From Betaproteobacteria bacterium (GTDB lineage: Bacteria > Pseudomonadota > Gammaproteobacteria > Burkholderiales > Casimicrobiaceae), in NCBI GenBank assembly GCA_009778785.1, contig WRFN01000004.1:9276-73275 (forward strand): 64,000 nucleotides of DNA, in the 5' to 3' direction. The notes below the pieces were generated by a model. The model was not told where the DNA came from, did no database searches, and saw only the letters and a program-made list of their open reading frames with translations. Positions 59,300 through 64,000 of the stretch are shown piece after piece. Each line of letters starts with the position of its first letter. Within the stretch, counting starts at the first letter, position 1. A program made the translations under genes and the position numbers.

Positions 59300-60148
59300 C
59301 TAAATTCTCAATTTCCACCCGCGCGCGATCAGCGCCCAAGTGCCCCACGTCAATACCACACACACGATGCCTACAAACGTCAGATTCAACCACGGCGAAA
59401 CATCCGACTCGCCGAAGAAGCCATAACGAAATCCGTCGATCATGTAAAAGAACGGATTCAAGTGTGACGCCTTGAACCAAAAATCTGGCAGCGAATGCAC
59501 CGAGTAAAACACGCCGGACAGAAAAGTCATCGGCATGATAATAAAATTCTGGAACGTCGCCAGTTGATCGAATTTCTCCGACCACAATCCGGCGATCACG
59601 CCCAGCATCGCTAGAATCGCCCCGCCCAGAAAACCGAACGCGATCACCCAGCCGGGCGAAACCGGCCGCCACAATTCCGGCGCAAAATACAACGCCGCCA
59701 GCCAAACGCCAAAGCCGACGACCACGCCGCGCAACACGCCGGCCAGCACATACGCCAGAAAAAAGCCCCACGGGGTGATCGGCGCCAACAAAAAGAAAAT
59801 CATGTTGCCTGCCATCTTCGACTGGATCAGTGACGAAGATGTGTTCGCAAAAGCGTTTTGCAGCACCGACATCATGATCAATCCGGGCACCAGAAACGCT
59901 GTATAAGAAACGCGGTCGCCGAACACCGACACTTTCCCCAACGCGTGCGAAAAAATCAGCAAATACAAAAGCGCCATGATGACCGGCGCCGCTACCGTCT
60001 GAAAACTGACGCGACGGAAACGCAACACTTCTTTGTAAAACAGCATGTGCCACGATTTTTTCAGCAGTCTGTTGCCCGTGATCTCGTGGGTCATTTGCGC
60101 ATCGACTTTTTTGGCGGCCGCCGTTTCGGAATTCGCGCGGCCGTTCAT
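59300..60148 (-). CDS. ABC-2 type transporter permease
   Basis: 282 aa with six TM segments. The ATG overlaps the stop of the upstream ATPase (ATGA). Confidence 0.85.
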   Translation of the reverse strand: MNGRANSETAAAKKVDAQMTHEITGNRLLKKSWHMLFYKEVLRFRRVSFQTVAAPVIMALLYLLIFSHALGKVSVFGDRVSYTAFLVPGLIMMSVLQNAFANTSSSLIQSKMAGNMIFFLLAPITPWGFFLAYVLAGVLRGVVVGFGVWLAALYFAPELWRPVSPGWVIAFGFLGGAILAMLGVIAGLWSEKFDQLATFQNFIIMPMTFLSGVFYSVHSLPDFWFKASHLNPFFYMIDGFRYGFFGESDVSPWLNLTFVGIVCVVLTWGTWALIARGWKLRI

Positions 60149-61080
60149 GATGATTCTCCTTGCCGAATTTCCGTCGGCAGCAGCGCCTCGCCGCTGCCGG
60201 TCAACCGCAAAAAGACTTGCTCCAAATCGGTTTGCTCCACTTGCAAATCCTTGATCGCAATGTTGTCGGCGCGCAACGCGGCCAATAGCGCTTCCAGTTC
60301 ATCGAGGCTCTTCAACTCGATGAGAAAACTTTGCCCTTCCGCGCCCCGCAGTCGAGGCAACCACGAAACGGGCACCCGCGCCGCCGTCAACCGCACCATC
60401 ATCATCTCGAACGGCGACAACAGTTTTTGCTTATGATCGAGCGCCACCACCCGTCCCAGCTTCAACATCGCAATCCGGTCGCACAAAGTTTCGGCTTCCT
60501 GTAAATAATGCGTCGTCAGCAAAATGGTGTGGCCTTCCTTGTTCAAGCGAGAAATAAACGCCCACAGCGCGTGACGCAACTCGACATCGACGCCGGCGGT
60601 CGGCTCGTCGAGCACGATCACCGGCGGTTTGTGCACCAGCGCTTGACCGACCAGCACGCGACGCTTCATCCCGCCCGACAGTGTGCGCATGTTTTTGTCG
60701 GCCTTGTCGGTCAGGCTCAGATGATGCAAGATTTCGTCGATCCAATCATCGACGCGACGCAACCCGAAATACCCCGCCTGAAAACGCAAGGTTTCGCGCA
60801 CCGTGAGAAACGGATCGAACACCACTTCCTGCGGCACCACACCGAGGCTGCGACGGCTGTTCAAATAATCGGTGGTCACGTCGTGACCCATCACAAAAGC
60901 GCGACCGCTGTCCGGCCGCACCAACCCACCCAGCACCGAAATCAGCGTGGTTTTACCGGCGCCATTGGGACCTAAAAGCCCGAAGAATTCGCCGGGAGCG
61001 ATTTGGAACGAAATATCGTCCAGCGCCTGCAATTCGCCGAAACGGCGCGAGACCGCCTGAAATTCAACGGCGCACGTCAT
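60145..61080 (-). CDS. ABC transporter ATP-binding protein
   Basis: The ATG at 61080 gives MTCAVEFQAVSRRFG.... Walker A GPNGAGKTT, signature LSGGMKRR and Walker B VIVLDEPT are present. The track start at 61275 is an Arg-rich artefact. Confidence 0.9.
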   Translation of the reverse strand: MTCAVEFQAVSRRFGELQALDDISFQIAPGEFFGLLGPNGAGKTTLISVLGGLVRPDSGRAFVMGHDVTTDYLNSRRSLGVVPQEVVFDPFLTVRETLRFQAGYFGLRRVDDWIDEILHHLSLTDKADKNMRTLSGGMKRRVLVGQALVHKPPVIVLDEPTAGVDVELRHALWAFISRLNKEGHTILLTTHYLQEAETLCDRIAMLKLGRVVALDHKQKLLSPFEMMMVRLTAARVPVSWLPRLRGAEGQSFLIELKSLDELEALLAALRADNIAIKDLQVEQTDLEQVFLRLTGSGEALLPTEIRQGESS

Positions 61081-61105
61081 GAATGGAGTTATCCTGAAAA
61101 AAGTT

Positions 61106-61420
61106 TTAGGTTGTCGCCGTCGGCGCCTGCAACGCCAACAACGAATCGACGCCGTAAACATGCGCCAGAGTGCGCAACGCTTCGGGCGTTGCCTCAAACT
61201 GTAGCGTCTTGCCCTCGCTCTCGGCGCGCCGTGCCAGCGACAGAAAAACCGCCAGCGCCGCCGAATCGGCTTCATCCAGCCCCGACACGTCGATCACGCC
61301 CGAAGACGGCAGCAAAAATTTTTCGCTCTCCGTCAACACGGTCGCGCTGTTGTCCATCGTCAACGCGCCGCGACAACGCCAACGCGCGCCGTCAACGTAA
61401 AAGCCGTTCGCAGCCGCCAT
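61106..61420 (-). CDS. mlaB: STAS-domain protein (MlaB-like)
   Basis: 104 aa from the ATG at 61420, which shares 1 nt with the mlaC stop. The sequence DVSGLDEADSAALAVFLSLARRAESEGKTLQF is STAS-like. Confidence 0.7.
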   Translation of the reverse strand: MAAANGFYVDGARWRCRGALTMDNSATVLTESEKFLLPSSGVIDVSGLDEADSAALAVFLSLARRAESEGKTLQFEATPEALRTLAHVYGVDSLLALQAPTATT

Positions 61421-62046
61421 CACTTCGCGCCTGCGTTTTTGGAAGTCAGCGTCTTCAACAAACCTTCGACGCCTCCCGCCTTGATCTGCTGATTGAAATC
61501 GTCGCGGTAATTGGTCACCAGCGACACGCCGCCGACGCTCACATCGTAGCACCGCCATTTTCCGTCTGACGACAGCACGAGACTGTAATCGACCGGTATC
61601 GGCGTCGCGCCTCCCGGCTGGATCACCTCGGAGTAAACCGTCACCTCCTTGGCGTCCGCTGCCGCTCGCAGCGGTTTGACGTTGATCTGATTGTCGCGGA
61701 ACTGCGCGAGCGCGCCGGAATACGTCCGAATCAACAGCGTGCGAAACTGCTCGACTAATTCTTTCTGCTGGTCGGGCGTCGCCAATCGCCAGTTCTTGCC
61801 CATCGCCAACATCACCATCCGGCGAAAATCAAAATGCGGCAGCAACTTGTCGTCGAGCACTTCACGCACCCGCGCCGGGTCGCCCGCTTGAACTTTCGGA
61901 TCGGTACGAACGATTTGCAATACTTCGTCGGCCACCTGTTTGACCACCGCGTCCGGCGCTTGCGTTGGCGTCTGCGCCGATGCCGGTAACGCCGTCAACG
62001 CAGCCATCAGCGACAAAATCGCCGCCAGAAAAATTCGTTTGTTCAT
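61420..62046 (-). CDS. mlaC: phospholipid-binding periplasmic protein MlaC (Ttg2D family)
   Basis: 208 aa with a signal peptide (...ALTALPASA/QT) and a toluene-tolerance-family pattern. Confidence 0.85.
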   Translation of the reverse strand: MNKRIFLAAILSLMAALTALPASAQTPTQAPDAVVKQVADEVLQIVRTDPKVQAGDPARVREVLDDKLLPHFDFRRMVMLAMGKNWRLATPDQQKELVEQFRTLLIRTYSGALAQFRDNQINVKPLRAAADAKEVTVYSEVIQPGGATPIPVDYSLVLSSDGKWRCYDVSVGGVSLVTNYRDDFNQQIKAGGVEGLLKTLTSKNAGAK

Positions 62047-62852
62047 GGTGTACTGTCTTTCTTGTCCTCGGTTTTTGTTTCAGTTTCGTTTCCGGCAGGC
62101 GGTGTCGAATAACCGTCGTCGTAATTTTCATCGAGTTCGATATGGCCGAACTTTTTATCGCCGGACAAATAAGCGCGACGCTGAAGGTAAGCGCCCCGAA
62201 TGAAGGTGTAACGATCCAGCCCGATGTTGCCCACCGCATCGGAGGCTTTGACGCCCGTGCTTGCCGCATTCAAAATATCCGCGCCCCACAATGTATTGCG
62301 TAGCGCCACATCGTTATCGGTCAGATTGATCGGCGAGGCGTACGATTGAATCGCCAGACCAACGCCGTCGCGCGCCGTCATCGGTCCCAACAGCGGAATG
62401 AACAAATAAGGCCGCGGCCCGACGCCGTAGTGCGCGAGCAGCAAGCCCATGTCTTCGCCGCCGCGCGGAATGTTGCCATCCGACGCGAAGTCGAGAAGGC
62501 CGCCCAGCCCGAAGCTCGTGTTGATGATCACCCGGCCAAAATCGTCACCGGCTTTGTCGAACTTGCCTTGCAGCAGCCCGGAAATCCCTGAGAAAAGATC
62601 GCCGATGTTGCCGAAAAAATTGCTGACCAACTCGCGCCCGATTTTCGGTATCACTGCTTCGTAAACATCGACCACCGGCCGCGCCACGTAAGTTTCCAGC
62701 GGTTGATGGATTTCGTACATCGCTCGATTGAACGGCTCCAGCGGATCGTCACCCTCGGCAGTGCCGGTCGTCGCGCAACCGCCAAGCGTCAACAGCGCTG
62801 CCAACAGCGCCGCCGACATGAGTTTTTTCCGAAACTCAATCCTCGCGCCCAT
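62043..62852 (-). CDS. mlaA: outer-membrane lipoprotein MlaA/VacJ
   Basis: Lipobox LTLGGC and DPLEPFNRAMYEIH. It has an acidic C-terminal extension. Confidence 0.88.
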   Translation of the reverse strand: MGARIEFRKKLMSAALLAALLTLGGCATTGTAEGDDPLEPFNRAMYEIHQPLETYVARPVVDVYEAVIPKIGRELVSNFFGNIGDLFSGISGLLQGKFDKAGDDFGRVIINTSFGLGGLLDFASDGNIPRGGEDMGLLLAHYGVGPRPYLFIPLLGPMTARDGVGLAIQSYASPINLTDNDVALRNTLWGADILNAASTGVKASDAVGNIGLDRYTFIRGAYLQRRAYLSGDKKFGHIELDENYDDGYSTPPAGNETETKTEDKKDSTP

Positions 62853-63325
62853 TATTTTTTCTCGCTCGCCAGCGACGACGCCTGATTGAGCATGAACTGC
62901 CCAACCAGTTTCTCCAGAACGATTGCCGATTGCGTTTTACCGATGCGACCGCCATCGGCCAGCATTTCTTCATCACCGCCGATATCCAGCCCGACGTACA
63001 CTTCGCCCAACAATCCGGAAGTCAGAATCGACGCGATCGTATCTTTGGTGAAAGCGTATTGCTTGTCGATGCGCAGCGTCGCCACCGCCTGATACGTCAC
63101 CGGATCGAGCGCGATGCTTTCCACCCGCCCGACGTTCACGCCGGCCGCTTTCACCGGCGCCCTCACCTTTAGCCCGCCGATGTTATCGAACGCCGCTTCC
63201 AGCCGGTAGCCGGGCGCGTTCGAAGTCACCAGCAAGTTGCCCGCTTTCAACGACAAAAACACCACGGCGGCCAACCCGATCGCAACAAAAATCCCTACCC
63301 ACACATCAACGGTCGCACGGTTCAT
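62852..63325 (-). CDS. mlaD: MCE-domain protein MlaD
   Basis: 157 aa with an N-terminal TM anchor and an MCE domain (GLKVRAPVKAAGVNVGRV). Confidence 0.9.
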   Translation of the reverse strand: MNRATVDVWVGIFVAIGLAAVVFLSLKAGNLLVTSNAPGYRLEAAFDNIGGLKVRAPVKAAGVNVGRVESIALDPVTYQAVATLRIDKQYAFTKDTIASILTSGLLGEVYVGLDIGGDEEMLADGGRIGKTQSAIVLEKLVGQFMLNQASSLASEKK

Positions 63326-63329
63326 TGCT

Positions 63330-64000
63330 TCATACTCCGCGAAACATGAAAACAGTCAAAATAAAATCCGCCGCCAACACGGCCAGCGACGCTTCCACCA
63401 CCGTTCGGGTGGTGGCGCTCGAAACGCCCTCGGCGGTCGGCTTGGTATCATATCCCTCAAAAACGGCAATCCAAGTGACTATTATGCCAAAGATCAGACT
63501 CTTGATGATGCCGTTGACAATATCGATCCGAAAATCGACCGCTGACTGCATATTGCTCCAGAAAGCGCCGCTGTCCAGCCCGATCAACTGAACGCCGACC
63601 AGATAGCCGCCGAAAACCCCAGCAGCGGAAAACAGCGCCGCCAGCAACGGCATCGAAATGACGCCGCCCCAGAACTTCGGCGCTACCACCCGCGCCAGCG
63701 GGTCTACCGCCATCATTTCCATCGCCAACAGTTGTTCGGTCGTCTTCATCAGCCCGATTTCAGCGGTAATCGCGCTGCCCGCCCGACCGGCAAACAGCAG
63801 CGCCGCCACCACCGGCCCCAGTTCGCGCACCAGCGACAACGTGACCATCGTGCCGAGCGCCTCGCTGGAACCGTAGCGGTTCAAAATATCGTACCCCTGC
63901 AAACCCAGCACCATCCCGACGAACAGCCCCGACATCAAAATAATCACCAGCGACAACACCCCGGCGAAATAAATCTCGCGCAGCGTCAGTTGGGTGCGCA
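63330..64000 (-). CDS. mlaE: ABC transporter permease MlaE (5' end beyond right edge)
   Basis: The frame stays open upstream of the track's start (..[21 protein letters not shown]...). The MlaE pattern [27 protein letters not shown] is present. Confidence 0.9.
   Translation of the reverse strand, partial: RTQLTLREIYFAGVLSLVIILMSGLFVGMVLGLQGYDILNRYGSSEALGTMVTLSLVRELGPVVAALLFAGRAGSAITAEIGLMKTTEQLLAMEMMAVDPLARVVAPKFWGGVISMPLLAALFSAAGVFGGYLVGVQLIGLDSGAFWSNMQSAVDFRIDIVNGIIKSLIFGIIVTWIAVFEGYDTKPTAEGVSSATTRTVVEASLAVLAADFILTVFMFRGV

Noticed and set aside
59256-60053. Upstream 266 codons of track ORF 58959-60053.
   Set aside because: This part is antisense or out of frame to the ABC-2 permease. Only the last 98 codons (BolA/IbaG) look real.

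Overview
This 64-kb window looks like chromosomal DNA from a high-GC, nitrate-respiring betaproteobacterium. That assignment is an inference from gene content and synteny (lepA-lepB-DUF4845-rnc-era; mlaEDACB + ABC-2 pair + bolA/ibaG + murA; HIT-tatABC; sspAB), not from any search. Most of the window is densely packed housekeeping genes, mainly on the minus strand: narG' (runs off the left edge), narK2, narK1, the divergent narXL pair, radA, hrpA, pntAA/AB/B, accA, tilS, tyrA, pheA, tRNA-fMet, thrC, hom, an aminotransferase, a P-type ATPase, gspDEF, folD, nagZ, era, rnc, lepB, lepA, pssA, psd, class I fumarate hydratase, tRNA-Thr, sspBA, tatCBA, a HIT protein, murA and the mla cluster. I saw no rRNA, CRISPR array, integrase, transposase or IS element. 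The one clearly accessory segment is a ~5.8-kb mosaic islet (48.4-54.25 kb) abutting the 3' end of tRNA-Thr(UGU). It holds an AT-rich module with a secreted protein of unknown function and a gene broken at a G7 tract. It also holds a 1469-codon ORF whose motifs resemble the polyvalent proteins of phages and conjugative elements, yet no other mobile-element gene is present in the window. This ORF appears 3'-truncated at a 28-bp internal repeat. Smaller accessory items are an AT-rich orphan gene between tilS and tyrA, a secreted SUKH-like protein between narL and radA, an outer-membrane barrel gene inserted between accA and tilS next to a perfect 12-N12-12 palindrome, and several families of REP-like hairpins (densest at 29.1-29.5 kb). 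I cannot point to a clearly novel multi-gene system. The islet and its giant ORF are the best candidates for follow-up. All family assignments come from reading motifs by eye and need profile searches.
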